Source of the DNA: a virus
Taxonomy: Duplodnaviria; Heunggongvirae; Uroviricota; Caudoviricetes
Direction: 5' to 3' (one strand)
Length of the DNA stretch: 46,713 bases
Virus record (IMG/VR): IMGVR_UViG_2563366972_000004
Positions 1-8,655 of this stretch are shown piece by piece (positions within the stretch are counted from its first letter, which is position 1; each line of letters starts with the position of its first letter). The notes beneath the pieces were generated by a model. That model was not told where the DNA came from and did no database searches. It worked only from the letters and a program-made list of their open reading frames with translations. The position numbers and the translations under genes are program-made.

Positions 1-1164
1 TTACGCCTTCTTTATATCCTCCATAATTCCAGAGTGGGACATATTTGGGACATTATCACCAAAAATGTCGTCTATTTTCCTCGCATGCTCTGTCAAATGA
101 TTAGGCGCAAGGTGAGCATACCTACGAACCATTTCTGTGGACTCCCATCCGCCCATTTCCTGAAGCACTGATAATGGGACGCCTGACTGAATCAGCCAGC
201 TTGCCCAGGTGTGTCTGAGGTCATGGAAACGGAAATCTTCAATTCCTGCACGACGACAAGCTGATAGCCATGATGTCTTGCTGTCGATGCGCATCTTCCT
301 GACCGCAGGCGTTGATGTTCCATCTGCTCGCTTAGCCGCCTTGGTATGTACAAACACCCATTTGTGATGCTTGCCTATTTGATCACGCAACACTTTACAG
401 GCGGTATCGTTCAGCGCCACACCAATGGCGCGGTTTGATTTGCTCTCTTCTGGATTCACCCAGGCAACTCGTCGCTGCATGTCGATTTGTTGCCATTCCA
501 GATTTATGATGTTCGACTTTCTCAGACCAGTTGCCAGCGCAAACTTGACGACAGATTTCAGTGGTTCGGGGCACTCATCAATAAGGCGTTTTGCTTCCTC
601 CTTTTCCAGCCATCTGACTCGCTTGTTTCTGACCGCTGGTATCTTGATGACAGGCGCTTTTTCCAGCCACTTCCAGTCGCGTTCTGCAGCACGGAGAATG
701 GCCTTTATCATGGCAAGATGCTTTGCCTTTGTCTGAGTTGATACTGGCTTTGGTTCATAAACAGGCGGTTCTTTACCTTTCCTGATGGCGGCCTGAACTT
801 TCTGTTTCCATATTTCTTTCGTCTTTCTGTTATGCATTCTGCTTACAGCAGAGTAAATCTTTGCCTCCGAGATATCTTTAAGCCTTATACCCTCAAAATG
901 TTCAAGCCAGAACTCAATCCGGCTTTTATCTGAATCGAGAGATTTTTTATCAGCTTTTTCCTCAAGCCATCTTAGGCAGGCCTCTTCAAAAGTGACATCA
1001 GGTAAATCCCCTAGCTTTTCTACTCGCCAGAGTTCTGCTTTTCGCTTGTCGTGCAACTCCTGAGCTTGCCGCTTGTCCTTTGTGCCAAGAGATTCCTTAA
1101 TTCGTTTCCCGCCCGGGAGCGAATACGAGGCATACCATATTTCATTTCTGCGGAAGAGTGACAT
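1..1164 (-). CDS. int: Tyrosine integrase, P22-type (387 aa)
   Basis: Full ORF; N-terminus [18 protein letters not shown] and C-terminal HDLRHT...RYAH catalytic region match recalled P22-type integrases. Stop codon at 1-3. Confidence 0.9.
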   Translation of the reverse strand: MSLFRRNEIWYASYSLPGGKRIKESLGTKDKRQAQELHDKRKAELWRVEKLGDLPDVTFEEACLRWLEEKADKKSLDSDKSRIEFWLEHFEGIRLKDISEAKIYSAVSRMHNRKTKEIWKQKVQAAIRKGKEPPVYEPKPVSTQTKAKHLAMIKAILRAAERDWKWLEKAPVIKIPAVRNKRVRWLEKEEAKRLIDECPEPLKSVVKFALATGLRKSNIINLEWQQIDMQRRVAWVNPEESKSNRAIGVALNDTACKVLRDQIGKHHKWVFVHTKAAKRADGTSTPAVRKMRIDSKTSWLSACRRAGIEDFRFHDLRHTWASWLIQSGVPLSVLQEMGGWESTEMVRRYAHLAPNHLTEHARKIDDIFGDNVPNMSHSGIMEDIKKA

Positions 1165-1391
1165 TTTCTTTCCTCTGTTATGCCATCACCCGCGCTCACC
1201 TGGACAGTATGCAGCGGAGACTGAAGCGCCGCAATGCAGGCTTGCCGTGTTGTGAGGTAAGGAGATTTTGGCTTGGTTGGATCTTTACGTGTTGCCTGTA
1301 GGCGGCCTGTTCGTATCCAGTTGGTGGCGGTTGGTCTGGATATCTTAAGAAACTGACAGGCCTCATCGAGTGTGAGGCTGTATGATTCCAT
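1020..1391 (-). CDS. xis: Excisionase (starts [31 protein letters not shown])
   Basis: HTH-containing small protein directly upstream of int and overlapping its 5' end in another frame; ATG at 1389-1391. Confidence 0.75.
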   Translation of the reverse strand: MESYSLTLDEACQFLKISRPTATNWIRTGRLQATRKDPTKPKSPYLTTRQACIAALQSPLHTVQVSAGDGITEERKCHSSAEMKYGMPRIRSRAGNELRNLLAQRTSGKLRSCTTSEKQNSGE

Positions 1392-1641
1392 GGTTACCTC
1401 TGCTTTTTGAACGCATGTCACGTAACTTCTTAATGTGTTCTGCCGTTTCGATCTCTTCTGCTATCCGATCTGCATCAGCTTTATTCACAGGTTCAAAGTC
1501 ATGATTAAAGCGGAACATGCTGGCGATACATGTTCTGCCTTTTCGGATGTAGTGAACTTTGTTGTGGGTAGAACGCAGGATTTTGCAGGGAGTGCCGTGG
1601 TGGTCGACGTACCAGGTGTTAGGAAAAATGATTCTGAACAT
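1363..1641 (-). CDS. Hypothetical early protein (about 92 aa, MFRIIFPNTWYVDHHG...)
   Basis: ORF in track; internal ATG at 1641 preceded by GGGG; 3' end overlaps xis start. Not recognised. Confidence 0.4.
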   Translation of the reverse strand: MFRIIFPNTWYVDHHGTPCKILRSTHNKVHYIRKGRTCIASMFRFNHDFEPVNKADADRIAEEIETAEHIKKLRDMRSKSRGNHGIIQPHTR

Positions 1642-1688
1642 TTTTACACCCCAGTTGGACGATGTTGAAATTTGCTGCTTTGAGGCCA

Positions 1689-1907
1689 TCACAGTCCCCA
1701 TTGTTTGTTCTTAAGTTCGATCTCCTCCTGGCAACTTGCACAAGTCCGACAACCCTGAACAGCCAGGCGTCTTCGCTCATCTATCGGATCGCCACACTCA
1801 CAACAATGAGTTGCGGATACAGTCTGGTAGTTCAGACGACGCATTTTTATTGCTGTATTGCGCTGTAATTCTTCGATTTCTGATGCTGAATCAATGATGT
1901 CTGCCAT
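1689..1907 (-). CDS. TraR/DksA-family C4 zinc-finger protein (72 aa)
   Basis: CxxC...CxxC motif (CCECGDPIDERRRLAVQGCRTCASC) in a 72-aa protein; common small gene in lambdoid early-left regions. Confidence 0.55.
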   Translation of the reverse strand: MADIIDSASEIEELQRNTAIKMRRLNYQTVSATHCCECGDPIDERRRLAVQGCRTCASCQEEIELKNKQWGL

Positions 1908-1957
1908 CTTTCATTAATCCCTGAATTGTTGGTTAATACGCTTGAGGGTAAATGCGA

Positions 1958-1984
1958 ATAATAAAAAAGGAGCCTGTAGCTCCC
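1958..1984 (-). terminator. Candidate intrinsic terminator (minus strand)
   Basis: On the minus strand, GGAGC-tacag-GCTCC stem-loop followed by TTTTTTATTAT, about 20 nt after the stop of the upstream gene. Confidence 0.4.
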
Positions 1985-2005
1985 TGATGATTTTGCTTTT
2001 CATAT

Positions 2006-2221
2006 TCATCGTTCCTTAAAGACGCCGTTCAACATGCCGATCGCCAGGCTTAAATGAGTCGGTGTGAATCCCATCAGCGTTACCGTTTCGCGGTGCTTCT
2101 TTAGTACGCTACGGCAAATGTCATCGACGTTTTTATCCGGAAACTGCTGTCTGGCTTTTTTGATTTCAGAATTAGCCTGACGGGCAATGCTGCGAAGGGC
2201 GTTTTCTTGCTGAGGTGTCAC
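2006..2221 (-). CDS. Hypothetical protein (about 71 aa if GTG start at 2221; track ORF extends to 2287)
   Basis: ORF in track; likely GTG start overlapping (GTGA) the stop of the upstream 27-codon ORF. Not recognised. Confidence 0.35.
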   Translation of the reverse strand: MTPQQENALRSIARQANSEIKKARQQFPDKNVDDICRSVLKKHRETVTLMGFTPTHLSLAIGMLNGVFKER

Positions 2222-2301
2222 TGAACAAGCCCCATGCCGGCAAGCATAAGCACACAGAATATGAAGCCCGCTGCCAGAAAAATGCATTCAGTGGTTGTCA
2301 T
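2218..2301 (-). CDS. Small hydrophobic peptide, 27 aa (MTTTECIFLAAGFIFCVLMLAGMGLVQ)
   Basis: Hand-translated; not in the ORF track (under 60 aa). ATG overlaps the stop of the upstream ORF (ATGA) and its stop overlaps a GTG of the next ORF (GTGA). Confidence 0.35.
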   Translation of the reverse strand: MTTTECIFLAAGFIFCVLMLAGMGLVQ

Positions 2302-2489
2302 ACCTGGTCTCTCTCATCTGCTTCTGCTTTCGCCACCATCATTTCCAGCTTTTGTGAAAGGGATGTGGCTAACGTATGAAATTCTTCGTCTGTTTCTACT
2401 GGTATTGGCACAAACCTGACTCCAATTTGAGCAAGGCTATGTGCCATCTCAATACTCGTTCTTAACTCAACAGGAGATGCTTTGTGCAA
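2298..2489 (-). CDS. Hypothetical small early protein (63 aa in track; may start at internal MAHSLAQIG, 2447)
   Basis: ORF in track adjacent to exo, in the position of the lambda small-orf cluster. Start uncertain. Confidence 0.4.
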   Translation of the reverse strand: MHKASPVELRTSIEMAHSLAQIGVRFVPIPVETDEEFHTLATSLSQKLEMMVAKAEADERDQV

Positions 2490-2650
2490 ACCGCCTCCCG
2501 TTTATTATTTATCTTCTCAGCCAGCCGCTGTGCTTTCAGTGGATTTCTGATAACAGAAAGGCCGGGAAATACCCAGCCTCGCTTTGTAACGGAGTAGATG
2601 AAAGTGATCGCGCCTACCCGGATATTATCGTGAGGATGCGTCATCGCCAT
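2462..2650 (-). CDS. Hypothetical small protein (62 aa)
   Basis: ORF in track; start overlaps the exo stop. Overlaps the next ORF if that one uses its longest start. Confidence 0.3.
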   Translation of the reverse strand: MAMTHPHDNIRVGAITFIYSVTKRGWVFPGLSVIRNPLKAQRLAEKINNKREAVCTKHLLLS

Positions 2651-3321
2651 TGCTCCCCAAATACAAAACCAATTTCAGCCAGTGCCTCGTCCATTTTTTC
2701 GATGAACTCCGGCACCATCTCGTCAAAACTCGCCATGTACTTTTCATTCCGCTCAATCACGACATAATGCAGGCCTTCACGCTTCATGCGCGGGTCATAG
2801 TTGGCAAAGTACCAGGCATCTTTTCGCGTCACCCACATGCTGTACTGCACCTGGGCCATGTAAGCCGATTTTATTGCCTCGAAACCACCGAGCCGGAATT
2901 TCATGAAATCCCGGGAGGTAAACGGGCATTTCAGTTCAAGGCCGTTGCCGTCACTGCATAAACCATCGGGAGAGCAGGCGGTGCGCATACTTTCGTCGCG
3001 ATAGATGATCGGGGATTCAGTAATATTCACGCCGGAAGTGAATTCAAACAGGGTTCTGGCGTCGTTCTCGTACTGTTTTCCCCAGGCCAGCGCCTTAGCA
3101 TTAACTTCCGGAGCAACACCGGTGCAAACCTCAGCCAGCAGGGTGTGGAAGTAGGACATTTTCATGTCAGGCCACTTCTTTCCTGAGCGGGGCTTTGCTA
3201 TCACGTTGTGAACTTCTGAAGCGGTGATGACGCCGAGCCGTAATTTGTGCCACGCATCATCCCCCTGTTCGACAGCTCTCACGTCGATCCCGGTACGCTG
3301 CAGGATAATGTCCGGTGTCAT
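2641..3321 (-). CDS. exo: Lambda exonuclease (Red alpha), 226 aa
   Basis: [37 protein letters not shown]... matches recalled lambda Exo essentially end to end. Confidence 0.95.
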   Translation of the reverse strand: MTPDIILQRTGIDVRAVEQGDDAWHKLRLGVITASEVHNVIAKPRSGKKWPDMKMSYFHTLLAEVCTGVAPEVNAKALAWGKQYENDARTLFEFTSGVNITESPIIYRDESMRTACSPDGLCSDGNGLELKCPFTSRDFMKFRLGGFEAIKSAYMAQVQYSMWVTRKDAWYFANYDPRMKREGLHYVVIERNEKYMASFDEMVPEFIEKMDEALAEIGFVFGEQWR

Positions 3322-4103
3322 GCTGCCACCTTCTGCTCAGTGGCTTTCTGTTTCAGGAATCCAAGAGCTTTCACTGCTTCGGCCTGTGTCAGTTCTGACG
3401 ATGCGCGAATGTCGCGGCGAAATATCTGGGAACAGAGCGGCAATAAGTCGTCATCCCATGTTTTATCCAGGGCGATCAGCAGAGTGTTAATCTCCTGCAT
3501 GGTTTCATCGTTAACCGGAGTGATGTCGCGTTCCGGCTGACGTTCCGCAGTGTATGCAGTATTTTCGACAATGCGCTCAGCTTCATCCTTGTCATAGATA
3601 CCAGCAAATCCGAAGGCCAGACGGGCACACTGAATCATGGCTTTATGCCGTAACATTCGTTTGGGATGCGACTGCCACGGTCCGGTGATTTCTCTGCCTT
3701 CGCGGGTTTTGAATGGTTCGCGGCGGCATTCATCCATCCATTCGGTAACGCAGATCGGATGATTACGGTCCTTGCGGTAAATCCGGCATGTACATGATTC
3801 ATTGTCCTGCTCAAAGTCCATGCCATCAAACTGCTGGTTTTCATTGATGATGCGGGACCAGCCATCAACGCCCACCACCGGAACGATGCCGTTCTGCTTA
3901 TCAGGGAAGGCGTAAATTTCTTTCGTCCACGGATTAAGGCCGTACTGGTTGGCGACGATCAACAATGCGATGAACTGCGCATCGCTGGCATCACCTTTAA
4001 ATGCCGTCTGACGAAGAGTGGTGATCAGTTCCTGTGGGTCGACAGAATCCATGCCGACACGTTCAGCCAGCTTCCCAGCCAGCGTTGCGAGTGCAGTACT
4101 CAT
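3318..4103 (-). CDS. bet: Red beta single-strand annealing protein, 261 aa
   Basis: [37 protein letters not shown]... matches recalled lambda Bet; overlaps exo start (ATGA). Confidence 0.95.
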   Translation of the reverse strand: MSTALATLAGKLAERVGMDSVDPQELITTLRQTAFKGDASDAQFIALLIVANQYGLNPWTKEIYAFPDKQNGIVPVVGVDGWSRIINENQQFDGMDFEQDNESCTCRIYRKDRNHPICVTEWMDECRREPFKTREGREITGPWQSHPKRMLRHKAMIQCARLAFGFAGIYDKDEAERIVENTAYTAERQPERDITPVNDETMQEINTLLIALDKTWDDDLLPLCSQIFRRDIRASSELTQAEAVKALGFLKQKATEQKVAA

Positions 4104-4108
4104 TCGTT

Positions 4109-4405
4109 TTATACCTCTGAATCAATATCAACCTGATGGTGAGCAATGGTTTCAACCATGTACCGGATGTGTTCCGCCATGCGCTCCTGAAACTCAACAT
4201 CGTCATCAAATGCACGGGTAATGGCTTTTTTGCTGGCCCCGTGGCGTTGCAAATGATCGATGCATAGCGATTCAAACAGGTGCTGGGGCAGGCCTTTTTC
4301 CATGTCGTCTGCCAGTTCTGCCTCTTTCTCTTCATGGGCGATCTGCTGGTAGTGACGCGCCCAGCTCTGAGCCTCAAGACGATCCTGAATGTAATAAGCG
4401 TTCAT
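4109..4405 (-). CDS. gam: Gam RecBCD inhibitor, short form (98 aa)
   Basis: [21 protein letters not shown]...[10 protein letters not shown] matches recalled lambda GamS. Confidence 0.92.
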   Translation of the reverse strand: MNAYYIQDRLEAQSWARHYQQIAHEEKEAELADDMEKGLPQHLFESLCIDHLQRHGASKKAITRAFDDDVEFQERMAEHIRYMVETIAHHQVDIDSEV

Positions 4406-4480
4406 GGCTGAACTCCTGAAAATGGCTGTGAAAATATCGCCCGCGAAATGCCAGGCTGATTAGGTAAACAGGAAAGGGGA

Positions 4481-4687
4481 TTAGTGATTCAGACCGTTGC
4501 CGCGCCCGTCGAGAAAAACTTCCACGAGCAAGTCACGGGTATAAGTGCGCTCGATGCCGCGATGCAGATAAAGCCGTCCGCGTAAATTAGCTGATGCAGT
4601 CCAGGTACCATCTTTGTGTTTGACCAGCATTCCTGGCATGACCGCACCGCGATTAACGGTCTGCGTTCCGTAATGTTGATGAACCAT
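4481..4687 (-). CDS. Hypothetical early protein in the kil/cIII position (68 aa from ATG at 4687; frame stays open to 4891)
   Basis: Best SD (AGGAG, 6-nt spacer) precedes the ATG at 4687. Frame is open upstream with a weaker ATG at 4771 and an Arg-rich segment. Not recognised as lambda kil or cIII. Confidence 0.4.
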   Translation of the reverse strand: MVHQHYGTQTVNRGAVMPGMLVKHKDGTWTASANLRGRLYLHRGIERTYTRDLLVEVFLDGRGNGLNH

Positions 4688-4949
4688 AAAAACTCCTGCC
4701 CGTAAGCTGGGCTGCTGAACATATAGAGACTTCTGCGCGTATTCAGGCGGTGGATGGCCGCCGGTTGTCATAACTAAGCCGCCTCGTTGAAGCGACTGAG
4801 GTATAAAGTGTTGTGTTGATTTCAGCTGGTCACACCGACGTTCACGCGTCCGCTTCACCCCTCGCACTCCCCGGAGCCTGCTGAAATTCAAGCTGCGGAT
4901 CTAAGCGGTCATCGCAACGGTGAATCAGGTGATTGCCGTATCGTTGTGT

Positions 4950-5030
4950 TGTTGCGACATGGGGATAATAGCTATTGCTATTGATGATATCAATACTTAT
5001 TGCTATTGCTAGATGTGTTTTGATATTAAA
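4950..5030. promoter_or_regulatory. Candidate OL/pL operator-promoter region
   Basis: Non-coding; two copies of TTGCTATTG(C) (4975-4983, 5000-5009) flank an inverted repeat TATTGAT-gat-ATCAATA (4979-4995). The same TTGCTATTG motif occurs twice in the cI-cro intergenic region. Confidence 0.4.
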
Positions 5031-5130
5031 TGTTTGATAGCAAAAAGAATTAATTTTGTGACTTGCATCGCATAGCGATAACTGAAGCGAGGTCGTGGTG
5101 GTTTTTTGAACGGTGTGTGATGAGGGGAGG

Positions 5131-5162
5131 GCAAAAGAAAACCCGGCACGGTGGCCGGGTTT
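5131..5162 (-). terminator. Intrinsic terminator closing the cI-distal cassette
   Basis: CCCGGC-acggtg-GCCGGG stem (5142-5159); on the minus strand it is followed by TTTTCTTTTG. Lies 77 nt after the stop of the 147-aa gene. Confidence 0.55.
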
Positions 5163-5236
5163 AGATGATTGGTTAAGAGCGAGGGTAATGGGGAATGAAA
5201 AATCGCTTTACCTAATGCAAGGGTGCGAGCATTTTC

Positions 5237-5680
5237 TTAAGCACTAAAGAAAAAGTACATTGATAGCTTATAAAGTCCTGTTCCTGCAGCGATGATTGCT
5301 GGAACACCAAGCAATACCGCAAGCTTTGCGTCTGAAATCTTTCTATCGACAGCATCACTTGATGGCTTGTTTGTTAAGGATTCTTTTATAGAGTCCAGAC
5401 GTGCAAGAATAGTTATCATATTTTTGTCGATAGCTTTAACGTCTGTTTTAAGTTCATCAACGTCTCGTTTGATATGAGCAACATCGGACTCCAGTTTTGC
5501 AACTTTTTCAGGCATGTTATCACTCCCAGACCCACTGCTACCACTTGATTGTAGCATGTCCCATCTTTTTCCAGATATACCTGCTAGCTGGGAAGACGCA
5601 CTGGAGTGCAAACAAAATGATTCTGCCGCCTTTGCAATTTTATCATTTAGGTTTGGAGCTTCGTAATAATCGTGTTTCAT
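5237..5680 (-). CDS. Unrecognised coiled-coil protein with single C-terminal membrane anchor (147 aa)
   Basis: ORF in track, ATG start. Gly/Ser linker (SSGSSGSGSD), heptad-like region (KVAKLESDVAHIKRDVDELKTDVKAIDKNMITILARLDSIKESL), C-terminal hydrophobic stretch LAVLLGVPAIIAAGTGLY. AT-rich. Confidence 0.6.
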   Translation of the reverse strand: MKHDYYEAPNLNDKIAKAAESFCLHSSASSQLAGISGKRWDMLQSSGSSGSGSDNMPEKVAKLESDVAHIKRDVDELKTDVKAIDKNMITILARLDSIKESLTNKPSSDAVDRKISDAKLAVLLGVPAIIAAGTGLYKLSMYFFFSA

Positions 5681-5692
5681 AATTAATTACGA

Positions 5693-5956
5693 TTAGTTTG
5701 TTTTAGCTTTGTCATGCTGGTCGCGAATGAAGTCAGCCAATTTAAGCATCAATTCTTCGGGCATTCTAATGGTTGCAATGTTGTACTTTATGTTCTCAAC
5801 ATCGTCACTTTCATCAACAGGCCATTCAGTTACATTATGAAAAAAAGAAATTGAACCTAGGCGCTGAGAGCCGTCACCAAACGAAGAGTAGCCAAACGCG
5901 TCGGCGTATGCATCGACACAGTTATTTGATTTTTTAACAAGTGTTTTATTACTCAT
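5693..5956 (-). CDS. Unrecognised small acidic protein (87 aa)
   Basis: ORF in track, ATG preceded by GGGAAAGG; stop 12 nt before the next gene's start. C-terminal IATIRMPEELMLKLADFI resembles a ribbon-helix-helix strand plus helix (tentative). AT-rich. Confidence 0.55.
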   Translation of the reverse strand: MSNKTLVKKSNNCVDAYADAFGYSSFGDGSQRLGSISFFHNVTEWPVDESDDVENIKYNIATIRMPEELMLKLADFIRDQHDKAKTN

Positions 5957-6038
5957 TTTTTGCCTTTCCCGTAATGTTATTTTTTATAAGGTATTTTCTT
6001 CAGCGTATTACCCAAAAGCCTCATCAACACGCGGCTGA

Positions 6039-6731
6039 TTATCCGTGTTTTCTGTACGTCTGCGGCATGCTCCCAATAACCTTACCGAATATGAATACCC
6101 GGTTCATCTCGTCTTTCTCGATCGGGTCCCACGGTGAGTAGCTCTTGTTATCAGAGATAACCAGTAGCTTATCCTTCATCATTTGCAGGCGCTTTACATG
6201 GGCGGTGTCGTCATACAGAAACGCATAGATACCATCACCGTCGAAAGATTTAACCGTGATATCAACGAACAGCAGATCACCTGGTTCGATCGTTCCTGAC
6301 ATGCTGTCACCACGCACGTTAATGATGCGGATATTTTCCGCCTTCCTGCCATCGAACATGTGACGAGCATCGTCAAACGAGTATTCAACCGAGCGTAGAA
6401 CTTCTACAAACTCACGGTTGATTACACCCGGCCCGGCACTGACTTCTATATCAAGAACGTCAATTTTGAAGTATTTGGAATGGCTGACAGCAGGCTTCCC
6501 TGATTGTTGACCGTCATTTCTCATCGGGCCTATGCCTGATGAGAGCCATTCTGTTCGAACACCCAATGCATTAGCTATTTCAACAATTTTTGTTGAGCCG
6601 CGCGCGTTGCCGCTTGTCAGTCTCCAGATTGTGGGTTGAGCTACGCCAGACGCCTTTGCAAGAGCGCCTTGAGACATTCCAGATTGTTCCATCGCTAGGT
6701 TTAAGCGATCAGCAAGAGTTTCTTTTTTCAT
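6039..6731 (-). CDS. cI: CI-like prophage repressor: N-terminal HTH, C-terminal S24 LexA-like peptidase domain (230 aa from ATG at 6731)
   Basis: HTH (MSQGALAKASGVAQPTIWRL) plus C-terminal autocleavage-type domain. The ATG at 6731 has no SD, consistent with a leaderless pRM transcript as in lambda; the track's longer ORF begins at an upstream TTG. Confidence 0.8.
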   Translation of the reverse strand: MKKETLADRLNLAMEQSGMSQGALAKASGVAQPTIWRLTSGNARGSTKIVEIANALGVRTEWLSSGIGPMRNDGQQSGKPAVSHSKYFKIDVLDIEVSAGPGVINREFVEVLRSVEYSFDDARHMFDGRKAENIRIINVRGDSMSGTIEPGDLLFVDITVKSFDGDGIYAFLYDDTAHVKRLQMMKDKLLVISDNKSYSPWDPIEKDEMNRVFIFGKVIGSMPQTYRKHG

Positions 6732-6841
6732 AAGTTTTAATTTATACGCTTGCGTATTGATGGTCAAAACACGTTTTGCTATTGCTTGGATTAATACGCA
6801 TTGCTATTATTCATTCATTGCAATACCAATAGGAATTGATA
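6732..6841. promoter_or_regulatory. OR / pRM-pR divergent control region
   Basis: Intergenic between divergent cI and cro; perfect palindrome ATACGC-tt-GCGTAT (6744-6757), TTGCTATTGC (6776-6785), TTGCTATT (6801-6808), palindrome ATTGCAAT (6817-6824). Confidence 0.6.
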
Positions 6842-7069
6842 ATGACAAATCAAACCATTCAACTCGCAATCAGTATTACAGGTAGTCAAAAACGACTGGC
6901 AGATCTATGCGGTGTAGCCCAACCCACAGTTTGGCGTTGGCTACACGGTGGCGGAATTGATGCCCGCTATGTAATGAAAATTGTCTCAGCCACTGGTGGA
7001 AAGATTAAACCAGCAGATATTCGTCCCGACCTCGCACCATTGTTTAACGCGAGTAATTCTGCCGCCTAA
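6842..7069 (+). CDS. cro: Cro-like HTH regulator (75 aa)
   Basis: Small HTH protein (GSQKRLADLCGVAQPTVWRWLHGG) divergent from cI; ATG at 6842 with AGGA 8 nt upstream. Confidence 0.75.
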   Translation: MTNQTIQLAISITGSQKRLADLCGVAQPTVWRWLHGGGIDARYVMKIVSATGGKIKPADIRPDLAPLFNASNSAA

Positions 7070-7093
7070 ACTGCGGCGTTAACTGATAAGGCA

Positions 7094-7639
7094 ATGACTA
7101 TGCAACCACTTACATACCAACAGACTAGCGGATTTAGCCCGACTGCGGTGATAAATCGTTCTCAAACAAAACAGGCGCCAGGCCACGAAAAAATCCGTGA
7201 TGCCGTTCGCGCCTGGTCGGCTGCAGATAATCAGGATGTTGTTGCCGCACTCATTGTGAATGAGTATCGGGAGCAGGGCGGCGGCACCATCGATTTCCCT
7301 GATGATGTCAGCCGTGCACGCCAGAAGCTGTTCCGCTTCCTCGATAACAAATTCGATTCTGAAAAATACCGAAATAACGTGCGTGAACTGACCCCGGCAA
7401 TTCTGGCGGTACTACCGCTGGAATATCGCGGCCACCTGGTTGAGCAGGATAGCTTCATGGCTCGGCTGGCTGAAATGGAAAAGGAACTCAGTGAGGCAAA
7501 ACAGGCTGTCATTCTCAACGCACCACGCCACCAGAAACTGAAGGAAATTAGTGAAGGTATTGTGTCGATGTTTCGTGTGGACCCAGATCTGGCTGGTCCA
7601 TTGATGGCGATGGTTACTACCATGCTGGGGGCGATATGA
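7094..7639 (+). CDS. CII-position regulator, YdaT-like (181 aa)
   Basis: Position right after cro; segment ...EYREQGGG...PAILAVLPLEYR... resembles recalled Rac YdaT-type proteins (from memory, unverified). Confidence 0.5.
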   Translation: MTMQPLTYQQTSGFSPTAVINRSQTKQAPGHEKIRDAVRAWSAADNQDVVAALIVNEYREQGGGTIDFPDDVSRARQKLFRFLDNKFDSEKYRNNVRELTPAILAVLPLEYRGHLVEQDSFMARLAEMEKELSEAKQAVILNAPRHQKLKEISEGIVSMFRVDPDLAGPLMAMVTTMLGAI

Positions 7640-7725
7640 CAGGTTCAGAAATGGCGAAAGCCGGTCTGCTGGAACAGAACCGACTTTCAGGTGCAAATCG
7701 TAACACACTCATTGCGGGAGGAATT

Positions 7726-8655
7726 ATGGCAAACACTGCTGAGATATTCAATTTTCCAGTGCCGGATGCGGCACAAAAGGAGCCGCGCGTGGCAGATCTC
7801 GATGATGGTTATACGCGCATTGCAAATGAGTTGCTGGAAGCTGTGATGCTGGCCGGATTAACACAGCACCAGCTTCTGGTCTTCCTAGCTGTCATGCGCA
7901 AAACATATGGCTTTAATAAAAAACTGGATTGGGTGAGCAACGAGCAACTGTCCGAATTGACCGGGATATTGCCGCACAAGTGTTCTGCTGCAAAAAGTGT
8001 TCTGGTAAAGCGTGGGATTTTGATTCAGAGCGGGCGGAATATCGGTATTAATAATGTGGTCAGTGAATGGTCAACATTACCCGAATCAGGTAAGAAAAAT
8101 AAAGTTTACCTGAAAGAGGTAAATTTACCTGAATCAGGTAAGAAAAGTTTACCCAAATCAGGTAAAGGCGTTTACCCGAATCAGGTAAACACAAAAGACA
8201 AACTAACAAAAGACAATATAAAACCTTTTTCGTCCGAGAATTCTGGCGAATCCTCTGACCAACTAGAAAACGATCTTCCTGTGGTGAAACCAGATGCTGC
8301 AATTCAGAGCGGCAGCAAGTGGGGGACAGCAGAAGACCTGACCGCCGCAGAGTGGATGTTTGACATGGTGAAGACCATCGCGCCATCAGCCAGAAAACCG
8401 AATTTTGCAGGGTGGGCTAACGATATCCGCCTGATGCGTGAACGTGACGGACGTAACCACCGCGACATGTGTGTGCTGTTCCGCTGGGCATGCCAGGACA
8501 ACTTCTGGTCCGGTAACGTGCTAAGTCCGGCCAAACTCCGCGACAAGTGGACCCAACTCGAAATCAACCGTAACAAGCAACAGGCAGGCGTGACAGCTAG
8601 CAAACCAAAACTCGACCTGACAAACACAGACTGGATTTACGGGGTGGATCTATGA
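7726..8655 (+). CDS. O: Replication initiator O (309 aa from ATG at 7726)
   Basis: C-terminal half (SGSKWGTAEDLTAAEWMFDMVKTIAPSARKPNFAGWANDIRLMRERDG...) matches recalled lambda O; N-terminal DNA-binding half differs. GGGAGG 6 nt before the ATG at 7726. Confidence 0.85.
   Translation: MANTAEIFNFPVPDAAQKEPRVADLDDGYTRIANELLEAVMLAGLTQHQLLVFLAVMRKTYGFNKKLDWVSNEQLSELTGILPHKCSAAKSVLVKRGILIQSGRNIGINNVVSEWSTLPESGKKNKVYLKEVNLPESGKKSLPKSGKGVYPNQVNTKDKLTKDNIKPFSSENSGESSDQLENDLPVVKPDAAIQSGSKWGTAEDLTAAEWMFDMVKTIAPSARKPNFAGWANDIRLMRERDGRNHRDMCVLFRWACQDNFWSGNVLSPAKLRDKWTQLEINRNKQQAGVTASKPKLDLTNTDWIYGVDL
8087..8189. repeat. Replication origin iterons inside O, followed by AT-rich tract
   Basis: Five tandem about 18-bp repeats of TTACC(C/T)(G/A)AA..AGGTAA(G/A), then an A-rich stretch (acacaaaagacaaactaacaaaagacaatataaaacc). 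Confidence 0.75.

Noticed and set aside
4109-4405. Gam appearing truncated (98 aa)
   Set aside because: 98 aa corresponds to the functional short form GamS of lambda; not evidence of a defect.
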